A DNA stretch of 64,000 bases, taken from NCBI RefSeq assembly GCF_006345805.1, contig NC_043002.1, positions 3,658,001-3,722,000 on the forward strand, given 5' to 3'. This DNA is from Octopus sinensis (taxonomy: Eukaryota). Position numbers and translations under genes: made by a program. Numbering within the stretch: the first letter of the stretch is position 1; each line of letters opens with the position of its first letter. Below, piece after piece: positions 24,184 to 37,817 of the stretch. The notes below the pieces were generated by a model. That model had not been told where the DNA came from, ran no database searches, and was given only the letters and a program-made list of their open reading frames with translations.

Positions 24184-26522
24184 ATGAGAAAAACAGAAAT
24201 GGTAAACCAGTGATTACAACGTTATTAGTGATTGACTCGTTTCAAAATTTAGTGGACAGCTCTTCCTCCATTAATTGGATGTAGTTTGGGAGGTTTGGGC
24301 GATGAACCAGGCCTCAAATCTACAAGGAGTCTTTGAATGGGTTTTGGGCAGCGAGCTGGTAAAAATGCCGGGCGAAATGCTTGGCAGTATTTCGTCTGTC
24401 TTTACGTTCTGAGTTCAAATTCTGTTGAGATCGACTTTGCCTTTCATCCTTTCGGGGTCAATCTAATCAACTAGCCCCCTCCCCAAAATTTCAAGCTTTG
24501 TGCCTAGAGTAAAGAAATGGATTTTGGGGTTTTTAATGTAATTTTTTAATGATTTCATTTAGGTGTGGCTGTGTAACTAAGTCTGCTTCTCACCCACATG
24601 GTTCTAGGTTCAGTCCCATTGCATGTCAAGTGTCTTCTACAAAAGCCTCCAACCAGTCAATGAAAGACTTCTGAGTGAATTTGGTAGAAGGAAACTGAAA
24701 GAAGCCCTTCGTATGTGCATGTGTGTGTATATTATAAAATTTTCAGGATCCAATAGAATCAACGTATTTAACCTTTTTGATACAATTCATTCACTCGAGT
24801 AAAGATTGTTTGCCAACATAACATGGCAGTCCTGGTTTAGGATGAATGTTGCTGTAATTTAGCCCCAGGAGACATTGTCTCCAACTGGCTATATGACACG
24901 ATCTGTGTCCCTATATTTTTGAACAAATTAGAAAATTACTATTTATAAACTTCACATTCGTCCTAAACCAGGACTGCCACGTTTTGTTGGCAAACAACTT
25001 TTACTCCAAAGAACTGTTGCTGAATATCTTTTGTTGTGAGATTTAGAAATGATAATTTTCTAATTCATTCACTGTTCACTTCCTGTGCATTATTCTCTGT
25101 CATGTTCATTCACTCTTGGTTACTGTTTCTGATGGGCTGAGTATACCTGAGCACTCATTATACAATAAATCCATTATAATTATTACAGGTAATATTAAGT
25201 ACAGGTGATATTAATAGCAGCTTTGTGAGTTTCATCTCTTGGTCATTCCGGTTTCTTTGAGACAAAATTATAAAATGTCTCTGGAGTTCCTAATGGCATG
25301 AAGTTGTGTATATAGGACAGTTTCAGGGGGAATGTTAAGTGAAAAGTGGGGACATTGTTGGACCAGTGTGTAGGAGAAGGAACAACCTGTTTGAGACACA
25401 CTAGAATTGATGGAACCAAGAGAGGTGTGAGCCATTATGGAAGAGACAGGAAATTTCTAACCAAATATTTGCAGATAACTAAGCCAGGGAGATGTAGTTC
25501 CAACATTAAAAGACTCTACGGAATATAAGAAGCAGTGGAAACTGTGTGTATGAAGGAAGACTTTAAAGGAAAAAGCTTTTGACCATCATAATCAATTCAG
25601 TGGCTTTCGTATTATGATACATCCATACAAGAAGGAAATATTTTCCATTCATTTTGTAAATATAAAAATTTTATTTTTAGTGTCCTTTCCAAGCATTAAA
25701 AATAACGGACATCATTTTTTTGTTTGACAAATAAATCACAAAATTTCAGAAAAAATTTTTTTTTTTAATTTGAATTCGAGATAGCGGAGGAAGGGAGATA
25801 ACTCCAAGCACGAAAATGATTCCAATAACTTTGGACAAAATTTTAGCCATGGGGAATATCAGCTTCCAACGAGACAAGTGAGGGTTGGCAACAGGAGAGG
25901 CACCTGACAGTAGAAAATCTGCCTCAACAAATTCAAGCCATTAACAAGAATCTTTGCTTGATTCATAATGTCATGTCTTAGTGCTTGGCGACCGTTTTGG
26001 TGAAGACTACAAGACTCATTGAAAAATGTTGCTGAGGTCTTTAAGTGTGAATGTTATGATGACGTCAGTTAAAGAGAAGTGGAGGCTGGCATCATGTAAT
26101 ATTAACGGCAAAAGTCATGGATACAAGAAAGGGTGGTGTGAGAGACAAGCAAAGTCGATGCACCGAAATGAAACCATTCAGCCAAGGAGAGAAACTGCAA
26201 CGCTTTGTAATAAAATGATCTGACAAGAATTTGTAGATAACAGTTCAGAGGTTGGTAACTTTGCTATAAGGTTTCCTTCCATGACAAACACCATTGAAAA
26301 ACAATACTCTCACCAAATTTCTTAAAGGTAATAATTCTCAATAATGCAACATAACAAGGCAAATCTGCAATATTTCGTTCTTTAGAATACCTGGCTTTGC
26401 AAAAGTCTTGTTACACTCGGTTTTGGGGTCTTTTGAGAGGTTTACATATGTAATAGACAAAATGCTACTTTTTCAGGAAGTGTCATTAAAATGTCTTTTC
26501 CATTGTGTGCAGGTGTATCAAA

Positions 26523-27579
26523 ATGGAAGCGTCCAGAATTGAAGTACCTGTTCTCCTGTGCACAGGCCACAACAGGTCCGACATTCCCAAGTGGCTCAAC
26601 GTCAGCCAGAGGACTGTCCACAGAGTTGCAGAGAGGTTCAAGAACGGGAAAGACCTCAAAGATCAACTTCGATCAAGCAAACCTGATGTTGTCAACCATT
26701 TGGCTGTGAGGAAGGCCTTCGAAAGTGACCCAAAGCTGAAAATGACTGTGCTCGTGACAAACAATATCTTGATGCAAAAGTGTCCAGGACGATAAAGGAG
26801 GAAGGCAGCAAGAGCTTAAGGTGCCACAGAAAGGCCCCTGCTCACCGTCTGTATGCAAGAAGAATGTTGGGGGCACCATCATCACCTTCTCAATGACTTG
26901 AAGTGTCAAGGCAATCAAATTCTCTTATTTTCCGATGATAAAAAACCTTCACAGTCGATCCAGTTGTCAACAAGCAGAATGACCACATGGTCAGCCAAGA
27001 CGTCTGCTACATGTCTGCAATAAACCACTCTGCCTCCATGATGATGCTTGGCATCATGGTTCGTGGCCAGTTACAGGATCACCGTGGCTGACTACAAGGA
27101 CATCTTAGCCACAGAAGTTCAGCCTTGGGTGAGAAAGATCACAAGGAAGGTGGTCTACATATTTCAGCAGGACAGGGCCCTAGTTCACACAGCCAAGGCT
27201 GTGCAAGGGTGGTTGGGGTCAAATATGAACCTCTGGTTGAAGGACTTTTGGCCACCACAGTTGCCAGACCTGAACCCACTCGACTACAGCATGTAGGTGC
27301 ATGTCGAGGGCAAAGCCTGCAAGGTCTGCCACAACAATATTGATGAGCTGAAGTCCTCCATCAACCACATGTGGGCTAGCACCAGGAAAGGATCCCATCC
27401 ACATGTGAGCAGCCTTCAGGTCTCACCTGGAGCATGCGCTTTCCACTGAGGGGGTGGGGGGCACATTGATTAATATCAATATTTACACACAATTTTGTTA
27501 AAACAATAAAAACGTGTCTAATGGAATTAAAACTATCATCATGTCCTGAGTGTCAAGGCCCAATATGTGGAGTGGACCG
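26523..27579 (+). pseudogene. Decayed Tc1/mariner-superfamily (maT-like) transposase
   Basis: HTH-like N-terminus (LNVSQRTVHRV), FSD..FTVD..NKQND, FQQD.A..HTA, WPP.LPDLNPLDY; several stops and frameshifts; possible right end GGACCG|TA at 27579. Confidence 0.9.
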
Positions 27580-28849
27580 TAACACACCCAGGTAACAATT
27601 GCGAATGTATTAACGCACAGATGTTACCTTCATTAATAAATGAAGGTCATAATTTAATGTCCATTTTCTATGCTGGCATGGGTTGGGCAGCTGGATGCCC
27701 CTCCTAATGCCAACCCCTTTACAAAATGTACTGGATGCTTTTAACCTGACACCAGCACCGAATGGGTCACCAGGTACATTGCAAGACAAAATGAGGGTTC
27801 TGTAAAGTTAACACTCATGGCAAAAGAACTAGAAATTTCTGTGATAATTTACGAAGCAACAGAGCTTGTAGATCAGGCATTTAATGAAAGCCTCCTTCAA
27901 CCGTTCTGACAGTTAACTTGCAGATGTTGCATTGTCATCGGACATCTTGCAGCAGTTGTTGCAGACAATGTTCTTCCCCTGCAAAAGTGACCCCCACCAG
28001 ACAGGGTTACAAAGAAGTCTTAGCAGGGTTTCATTTGCACAAACATCTCAAGCCAGCAACTGTGATTTATCAGGGCAAATAATAATAATAATAAACATTG
28101 TGTAGTGCTCAGGTGCACTACAACTGTCAAGTAAAAACAGAATTTCCAAATGGGAAAGACCCAGAGTCTTTGCTGTTCATAGACAGAGCTACAAATAGAT
28201 CGTGGGTTCAATATGGAAAGAGTGAAAGCCAAAGAGAGTGGAGGTGAGTCTGTTATGTATATTTAACCCTTCACAAGACCTGAGACTTTGAGGAAAGAAA
28301 GAAAATACAGGGTACTCCAGCGAAATTCTATTTTGTGTAAAAAGCAAATTAGCGATAGTATGATGTCAATGCGAGTCCCATGAAAGGGAAGAATGCTACT
28401 GTTATTTAGCCCTAGGAAACCGTTTCCAGTTGGACTTGACACATTTCCTGTGTGCCTATGTTTTCAAGGTGGAGACAAGCACCTCCAACCAGCAAATCCA
28501 GCATCTAGAGACTAGTTTCAGAGTCATTGCTCATCATGTCTGGAGTAGCAATGGCTTGCTTACTGTCGATGCCATTCGCCTTTGAAAACATATTTTAAGT
28601 GAAATACATTTCTAAATCTCTCAGAGAGATCTCTACAGTAACAGCACAATAAGTTGGCAACATACCATCACTTTATCATGCCGCTACTGTATAGATCTCT
28701 TTGAGAGATTTAGAAATGTATTATTTCTATAAGCAAATTAGCTCGTTAGAAAATCTGTTCAAGAGATGAAAGCAGTAACTCAACTCAGAAGTAAGGTTCG
28801 CTGCCCCTTCAACATAAGTTGTTTCATAGGAACTGATGTTACTTACATT

Positions 28850-29125
28850 TTAACCCCTGGAGGATGTCACCCCCAGCTGCTAATCTAACGCAATCTGCAT
28901 CCGATTTATATTGCAAGCAAGGGAGTGGACTCCCACCTACTGCTATCTCTAGCAGATGAGTATCCACCACCGAGGATTACCACCAAGAGGTGGAAACCAT
29001 ACAGTGTGGTAGTCATGGCTGGAAGTTATAAGGGGTTCACTCCCTTGCTTGCAATACCTATATCAGGTACAGATTGCATTGAATAAGCATCGGGAGGAGG
29101 AGACATCCTCCACGGTGGGGGTTAA
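28850..29125. mobile_element. piggyBac-type MITE with about 90-bp imperfect TIRs
   Basis: TTAA-CCCC...GGGG-TTAA; arms share TGGAGGATGTC, GCAATCTG and TATTGCAAGCAAGGGAGTG in inverted orientation. Confidence 0.8.
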
Positions 29126-29714
29126 AATGCAAGAAACCCCGGTTGCCACGGAACAGCCATGTTGAAGTGGCAATATGATGTATTGGTGAATAGCAGACTG
29201 CATTGGAAAGCATAAAGATTAGTTGTTGTTGTTGAGAAAGAGCTGACAGAGAGAGGACTGAAAGCGGTTTTAATATTTGGGAAAGAGTTACCCGTATCGT
29301 GACTGTGGTTCAATGCTCTGCAAACATTAAAAGACTAAGACGTGACACAGCAGCAACAGAGACTACAAAACCGTGACCAGCAAGGTGTTTGGGTTGGTGG
29401 TGTCAGGTTACAGCACATCTTTAGACAAAGCACAATTCAGATGGCTAGTTAAGCCCCATTTGTCAGATTCATTCACCTTTGTGTTCCGAGATGCTCAAAT
29501 GTGAACCACATTACACTTACCAGTCTCCTCTGCGACAACACAGGTTGGCAATCAGTTAAGATTCTGCTTGAACCACAAAAACGTACCTGGGTAACATCCG
29601 CAATGCACTATTGCTCATGTGTCCAGGACCATGTTGTGAAGGAGCACATTTTCAATATGGATTGAATCCTTTGGTTCCACTCTCTCTCTTTTGGCTGAGA
29701 GTTGTCTTGCAAGT

Positions 29715-30058
29715 GCTGGTGCCATATCAAAAGCACCCTAGGCTGTGCCAGCCTCGCCTGGCCTCCGTGCCGGTCGCATGTAAAATACACCATCCGAGCG
29801 TGGCCGTTCGCCAGCCTCGTCTGGCACCTGTGTCGGTGACACATAAAAAACACCATCAGAGCGTGGCCGTTCGCCAGCCTCGTCTGGCACATAAAAAGCA
29901 CCCACTACACTCACGGAGTGTTTGGCGTTAGGAAGGGCATCCAGCTGTAGAAACACTGCCAGATCTGACTGGCCTGGTGCAGCCTCCTGGCTTCCCAGAC
30001 CCTGGTTGAACCACCCAACCCATGCCAGCATGGAAGGCGGACGCTAAATGATGATGAT
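29715..30058 (+). mobile_element. RTE LINE 3'-UTR fragment
   Basis: Three modules, core and (GAT)n. Confidence 0.85.
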
Positions 30059-30129
30059 GGTTGGCATTAGGAAGGGCATCCACCCATAAAAACCATTCCA
30101 CAGCATGGAAAACAGACGTTAAGTGGTAA

Positions 30130-32326
30130 TAACAATTTGCATTTATGCACCCAGTTACGTGAGAGGGAAAATAGAAAAAAAGTCCAAAGGCACCTGAGCC
30201 AAACAAACAACAGGAATGGCCATTTTCTAGAGAGAAAAAACCCCCTAAGGGACGATCAAATAAATAGATAAGAATGGAAACTTTGCCTGTGTGGTCCAGG
30301 AATTTGGTGCCGATAGATTTACTTTTCGTTCCATTTACAAAGCGCATTCATTTAACAATTTGCTTTTAAAAACCAAACCCTTGCAATAAATGGGGACAAA
30401 TGCAGAAACATTTAAAATGGATGGAGATAATGTTCGGATGACCAATATTGAAACACAATACAAAAGAGTAGAGTTATATAAATTTTATTATTCAAGATAT
30501 GAAATCAGTTCTCTTGCTTGTTTATCATTATATATATTTATATATGTTTTATATTTATTTATATATATACGAGACATACAGTCACTTGATCCTATTTGAT
30601 GGAACATTATTATTATTATTATTATACTGAAGACAACAAAATAAAATTTTCTTCCTGAAAGTTAACAAAACATGAAATACCAAAAGTTGGCAACTAAATT
30701 ACACCTAATTAAATATTTGATTGGAAGAGTGTGTGTGTGTGTGTGTATCTGATATGTACCCTAATCCAACTTAAATTTACAAGTCTTAAATTTTACAATA
30801 TTGTTTACATTTATTCAGCTATTGACACCAGAATTTCGCTAGCGTTATTAAAAAGAAAACGATTCCATTGCCAAAATGCATTTGTTTTCTTGAAATTCCT
30901 GTTTTGCTGTCGAAACAAACCAATGCCTAAACGGACAAACTTTGCCGCTAACTTTTTAAAGAAACCCAGCAGGATTCAGACAGGAATGATTTTCCTTAAA
31001 ATGGTGCCATAACTTGACTCACAGAGGTTATTTCAGAGCAGGTCTCTTCTACTTATTTAACAGGGTTTATGAAAACCACAAAGAATTGGTACTTTTAATA
31101 CGTGCATCAGTTCGGCATCTTACAAGAGAATCAACTTTGAAAATAACTCCATAACTAATGTAAAATTTCACAGCCTTCTGTCATATCAGATTTTAAATAG
31201 AGAGATAGAGATAGAGAGAAAGAGAGAGAGAGATAGAAAGAGAGAGATAGAAAGAGAGAGAATGAGTGATTGAGATTTTTGTACACAAACATACTGAACG
31301 AAGCTTGTTCAAGATCAGGACACTCCAGAGAATTCCAGGGAGTTTATGGTTCTAAATTAGCACAAAGGGAATAAAGGTACACAAAGAAATATACAATATG
31401 TAAATTTATATATTCTTATGAATGGAAAGGTTTTTTTTTTGTCGTTTTTGTGTTTTTTTTTTTCTTTCCCACACTAATTTCAGGCATCAAACTATCACAT
31501 CACACGTCACCATTGTCCTCAGCTCCAGTCTAGACCCGATATTGCAGCCAGCTGAATGCAAGCCACACCCAAACAGCTTCAACAAACACTAGTCAACATG
31601 AAATGAAAATTTGTTCCAAGGGCAGGTAATTCTGTGAAATCTCAACACAGAGCTCTTGAAAGTTGGTCACAAAATGTCTATCAGAATATATAAAGTTCAT
31701 TAGCAGTGTTGGTTTTTTTTTTTTATATATAAGGAATCAAGTAATTATGATGTTTATATAGATTAAATGAAAGCTGATTAAGTTCTACCCACAAAAAATT
31801 AACTGGATGCTGAAGAGGACATATTTTCACGTTATCAGCTGGAAGGCCCAACAAGAGTTTAACCAACATTCAATACATCGCAATGGAGTCTTGAAGGAAA
31901 GAAGGGACATAAATACATTTTCGATAAAAAGTAGAAAGTAATATTCCTAAAACAGTATCTTGCAATTTTGTTCATATTTCATATTCCCTGGTGGGGACAG
32001 AGAGAGAGAGAGAGAGAGAGAGAGACGTTGCTCCGGTTTCTTTACAGATCTATTTTCAGCTAGGCTTTTTTTTTTTCTCTCAAGTGAGGGGGGAGAAAAA
32101 ATTGTAAAAATAAAGGTAAATGTTGGCTTTGGTTTTTAGAGAAGAAATTAAAGTTGTAATAAAGCAAAAGATTTTATTTTTTATCAGAAAATTGACTGTA
32201 ATTATATTTTTAACTGATTAATTAAAATATAAAAATGAACGAAGCATTTATTTTTTTTCGTTTTGAACGGCTAATGTAAAATATTATAGAGAACAAACTG
32301 AAAATTTATAATTCAGTTTGAACAGA

Positions 32327-32386
<60 letters not shown>

Positions 32387-32484
32387 CTAAAAGACTTTAA
32401 AGGTTTCTAAATTTGACCAGCTCAATATATAGGAAAAGGCTACAAATTGCATTTTCTTTTTGTTTTTGAAAAGGTTAAAGCAAC
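30130..32484 (-). other. PDCD6IP: Probable ALIX 3' UTR (extent uncertain)
   Basis: Follows the stop codon; no recognisable TE; candidate AATAAA on the minus strand at 32307-32312, 30810-30815, 30554-30559 and 30484-30489. Confidence 0.45.
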
Positions 32485-32747
32485 TCAGGGCCAACGAGCT
32501 TGAGGTTGTGTATACCCTGGGTAGTTAGATTGTTGAGGTGGTGGGTGTTGTGGTGGGTATTGTGGAGGAGGTTGTTGTCCTGGGTAGGAATACTGTGGTG
32601 GCTGAACCGGGTAGCCACCAGGGTAAGAGGGCTGAGGAAAGGCCATGAAAGGATTGTATGGATTATAACCAGACGGCATTGGCATCATGGAATACATTGG
32701 ATACGGAGCGGACCAGCTGGCAGCAGACGGTGCTGGTTGTTCTCCAC
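32485..32747 (-). CDS. PDCD6IP: ALIX last coding exon: GEQPAP...PYPMYSMMPMPSGYNPY...QARWP*
   Basis: tccag|GT GGA...TGA; P/Y/Q-rich tail; MPMPxGYNPY as in vertebrate ALIX. Confidence 0.94.
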
Positions 32748-33529
32748 CTGGAAAATAAGACAAACAACATTTAAGAACAAAACAGAAACTCATTATTTAG
32801 TTAATTAGATTTGTGGGAAGAAGAAGAATTCGAAAGCAGAGCTACAAACGAAACTGACCGAAACATGGGAAATAATTTCCACTTTTAGAAAGTTAGAGAA
32901 AAAATCTTTTTTAATATATAAAAAAATTTGTCCACATTTGTTATTGTTAAATATTCATAAGCTTTGTTTTCTGCCACCCCACCCCCTGCTTTCCATCCGG
33001 TGGGGGTTTGTATTGTGTTGAGCAACAAATGGGTCTGGCAGCACAATACTCCCCACCTCCACTACAGCTAATGACTAGAATGCGATGAAATTCTCATTCA
33101 ACATGGGACTTTTCCCTGCTTTCACAGAAGGCACATTTGCGAGAGCTGGATACCCTCCCTGTCACTAACCCTCACCCGTTTCCAAGCAAAGTATTATTGC
33201 ACATTGATCCAACATAGTCTTGCAGGAAGATTGGAAACAGACACTGCTTGGTTAACAGGGAAACTCCTTTACAACTGTCATGTGATGTCAAGACAAGGAA
33301 ACCACTAACTCACACACACACTATCTTTCTTTCACATGAGGCTTCTTTCAGTTTCCAATCTACTGAATCCTCTTACAAGGGGGTCAGCCCAAGGCTATAA
33401 GCTGTACACAATTTCCCAAGGCCACCACACAAAGGAACTGAAAACGGAAACCACAAAATCACATCTAAATTTTAATCAGGTGAGGTGCCCCTTGGTCAGG
33501 GACACACAGCCACGACTTTAGAAAATAGT

Positions 33530-33770
33530 GGCACGTAAAAAGCACCATCTGATCGTGGCCGTTTGCCAGCCTCGTCTGGCACCTGTGCAGGTGGCATGTA
33601 AAAAGCACCCACTACACACACAGAGTGGTTGGCGTTAGGAAGGGCATCCAGCTGTAGAAACACTGCCAGATCAGACTGGGCCTGGCGCAGCCTACTGGCT
33701 CCCCAGACCCCAGTTGAACCGTCCAACCCATGCTAGCATGGAAAACGGACGTTAAACGATGATGATGATG
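33530..33770 (+). mobile_element. RTE LINE 3'-UTR fragment (ALIX last intron)
   Basis: Modules, core and (GAT)n. Confidence 0.85.
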
Positions 33771-34644
33771 GTCAAATGGTCATCCACGGTCAAGACTCAA
33801 GAATCTCATTCAGGTAATAAAAAAAACTTATGCCAGGTTTATTTTTATCAAATGACTTTTACTAAAACGGTATTAATTATTCTTGCCATTTTGTCAGTTT
33901 TATTTTAAACAGAGATGAAACAAAAGAAATGAAAGGGTAGCCTTTCACCAATCCCTGATTAAGAAAGATTCTGTAAATGTTGCTGGCCAAACACTCAATG
34001 TGACCCTTAACACAAAGAGAGACAGATGGTTAAAGTGAGAGGTGAATTGGCCTGGTACCACATAAAAAGCACCCACTACACACTAAATTAGCCGGCATTA
34101 GAAAGGGCATCCAGCTGTTGGAACCATTCTAAAAGAGACAATTGGAGTTTAACAAAGTCAACATGTTTAATAATTACAAATGTTTTTACATTAAGAATAT
34201 TACTTACTGACCTAGGGATTTTAGTAAAGTCAACATTTTTAATAATTACAAATATTTTTACACTAAGGATTTTCTTAATTGGAGCCTTTAGCAAAATCAA
34301 CATTTTTAATTATCAGGAATATTAAACTGTTAAAAGTCCAGTTCCTTTTGGAATTATTTTATTTTATTCACATTAATTGCATCAGTTTTATTTTGTTTAG
34401 GTGAAATTCTATTTTTTAGAGTAATTTGAAGACAATCTTTGAATGAGATCAGATTGAAGAGGATAAAATAGCAGTGAGAAGAATATTTCTGGAGAGGATC
34501 GGAAGATTTCGGGAAGGAAAATGGTTTTTGGATGAAATAACTACTTAAACATGGAGTAAAAATTTGAATGTGTGAAATGAGGCTTATTTTAATGAGAAAA
34601 CAAGGAGTAAACCTGAGATAAATGTGAACCTGATGATGTCTTAC

Positions 34645-34791
34645 CATAATATGGAGGAGGAGGAGGCTGCTGAGCTGAATTTGTAGATGTCTGGGGAATT
34701 GGGGCAGAAGCTGTCACTGGAAGCCCGGCACTACCACCAGGAACTACTGGAGCTGTTCCCGGGGGAGGAGAAGGGTCACCTAGTCGACCTG
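34645..34791 (-). CDS. PDCD6IP: ALIX coding exon (PRD): AGRLGDPSPPPG...QQPPPPPYY
   Basis: ttcag|CA G(cag alternative acceptor at 34788)...TAT G|gtaag; 147 or 144 nt; phase 1-1. Confidence 0.88.
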
Positions 34792-36450
34792 CTGAAAGGA
34801 GGAGCAACACAAACATACGAATAATGAACAATTATCAAGAGAAGAAACAAACGAACACAAGACATCTTGAAGACAAAAAAAAAATAAAATCTGATGGCTT
34901 TTGTAAAGATATTCTGTGGAGGAGAATCCTGTGAGTGAAAAGAACAGGCACGTTGGTTTGGTGCCTCACAGAAATGGTTGAGTTAACCACAGAGAATTTA
35001 TTTAACAGAGTCAGGATTATTAAGATGAAAACTAAGTTTATACAGAAATCTCATAACCAAGGAAACATATTGGGGAAGCAACAGTTTAAGAAAAAAAAGG
35101 GGGTTTCAGTTTAATTTGCAAAATAAAGTCTGTCAAATTTTGGTATTGGATGATCAGTGAAGGAATCAGCAAAATCTTTACAATGCTTTTAGGAAATGGA
35201 TTCATACAAGGAAAAAAAGTGAAAGGCTTGGGAAGAAGGTGCTGGCCAACGAAAACTTTACTAACAACAACAACAACAACAACAGCTGAAGACATGCAAA
35301 ACAAAGGGGGTGAAGCTGGTCTGAATTTGGGGGAATTTTAAATATTTGTGGAGAAATAAAATCTACATTTACACAATCTTCTTAAAGAAGACTGTTATCA
35401 TCCATAAATTAAAAATTAATAAATACTGAAGACTAAGTTATTGTAGCATATGTATACACACACATACGCGTGTGTGTGTGTGTGTACATTAAAATATGGA
35501 AAACAAGAAAGTGTAGAAAATAGATCATCTGGAAACCAGATAATGATTACAGAAAAAAAAAACATTTGAAATTCCAGCCATAATTAAAAAATTGAAATTA
35601 AAGTTAAACTCTTTTCCTTTGACATTTTTACAATAAACTATTCTCATTAAACATAGAGTACTGTACTTTGTACTTTGGAGTAAAGAAGCTCCAGAAAAAT
35701 ATTCAGACATTAATTTCAGAATTGAGCAAAATTGAACAAGAATATGAAACGTTGGCACAAGGCCAGAAATGGTAAAAGGCATTTTGCCTGGCATATTACT
35801 GGTTCTGCTAGCTCATCGCCTAACATCAAATATTGACATACACCCATTAATGATGCTACTAACTAGCACAAAAAAATCAAAATAATCAGCAAAACAAATT
35901 AATTTTTTTTATTTCTTTTCATAAAATTTTTTAAATTACGGAGATGTACTTGCATATCAAGCGACCTGATCTGAGATTTTGTGCTGGAATGAAAAGAATT
36001 GTAGCGTGGAAGGTGTTTATAAGCCATTTAAAAACACAAAAACCGTTAGATTCACTTCAACAGCACGGAATTTTGAAAGTGATCTCAAAGCGACAAAAAT
36101 ATTTTAGCAAATTAAATTTAAATGTTGAAGTGACTAACGATTTTTAAGAGTTTTAGTCTTGGGTTTAATTGTTTGTATCTTCTTTAGCAGATAATTTTAA
36201 AAACCACAAAGAACTCACTACAGCTTTTAAACTCCAACTTTTACCAGATTAGGTTTTCTTGATTCCCATGGGTCATGTTGGATGTGCGTTTTGTTACATC
36301 CTCATAAAAAATGGCTTTCATTACAAAGAATTTCAAGTTGGTGTCATAAATTGAGGAGTCGAAACTTATGTACTGACTCTACTTAATTAAAGGGTTAACA
36401 ATGAAAGACTAATTTGTTTCCTACTCCCTAATTACTTCTTAGAAGCCCAA

Positions 36451-36681
36451 GGCAGTGAGCTGGCAGAAACGTTAGCACATCGGGCAAAATGCTTAACAGT
36501 ATTTCGTCTTCCGCTACATTCTGAGTTCAAATTCTGCCGAGGTCGACTTTGCCTTTCATCCTTTCGGGTGTTGATTAAATAAGTACCAGTTACGCACTGG
36601 GTCGATGTAATCGACTTCATCTGTTTGTCTGTCCTTGTTTGTCCCCTCTGTGTTTAGCCCCTTGTGAGCAGTAAAGAAATA
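36451..36681 (+). mobile_element. Full-length tRNA-derived SINE with 10-bp TSD
   Basis: AGAAGCCCAA at 36441-36450 and 36682-36691; TGGCAGAAACG A-box-like and GAGTTCAAATTC B-box-like motifs. Confidence 0.9.
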
Positions 36682-37817
36682 AGAAGCCCAATTTGTTGAT
36701 GGCAATTAAGTAATGCTCATGATCCCAGAAGTCAGCAGGTTCTAATCATAAACGCTTTGTACAAATATTAATCAAGCCGATTACTTTCAATCTGCCAAAA
36801 CTGTGGAACCAGTTCCATAGAATTCAAGATTTTTAGTTCATTCAACCATTCAGCTTTTACCTTTCTCGTGGGTTGAATAATTAACGAGCACTTAATGCTT
36901 TCTTTTAGCAAAAATAATTTTTAAATCTCGTTTTTAGTTTTGTATTTAAATGGAAAATCACTAATTAGAACATTCAATGAGTGTCGTTAAACGAAAAAAA
37001 TCTATGATTAAATTCGTTTCTTTTTTTCCATTTGGATCCAAATGCCTTACAAGCTATCAAACTTTTATATAATTAATATCAGCAATTACCAAATAATTAT
37101 TTTTTGGAATCTCAGAGGAACAACAACAACAAAAATACAGTTTTATAAATCTGAATTTTCAGGAGGAAGCTGTCAGAGAATGTCATGTTTTTTGTATCAA
37201 CTGAGATGGGTTAATGGGGGTGTTCCCCCGCAACAGAGTGTTGTCAGCTGCTGGGTAGATGGGTGGATATAGGTTTAACTCTTTAGCATTCGGGTTAGTC
37301 AAATGTAATTACCTTCAGAAGACATTGTAGTGTAGGTGTGAAAGACCAGATCTAGCTGGTTTAAATGCCAAAAAGGTTAAACTTTTAATAAAGGAAACAA
37401 AACCCCTAACACTGATGGGACAACCTCGAGGAGCAACCACTTTTGGCATTCAGTTCTTTCGGCTACAGTGAGTAATTTACACCAATTGGCAGGCTGCAGG
37501 GGTCAATTCTCACCGAGGAAGGCAACAGGAGTTTTTGAGATTGGTTTATATATGTACACCAATTGGTGTGTGTGCATGCACGCATGTGTGCACATGCACC
37601 AAAAATGGTCCCCGTGATGATGTAATGAGAGAATCCAGATGAAAGGAGCAAGGACGGGTGATTTTGGAATTGAAGTGTTTAGTTGAGCTCAGTGTCATCA
37701 GCATCTTGTCAACTTATGGATGGAGAGCGAGAGAGAGAGAAAGAAGTGAGAAGAGAGAGAGAGAGAGGAGAGAGAGAGCTTGTTTAATATAGATTGGCCG
37801 ACAGCTGAATCATTTAC

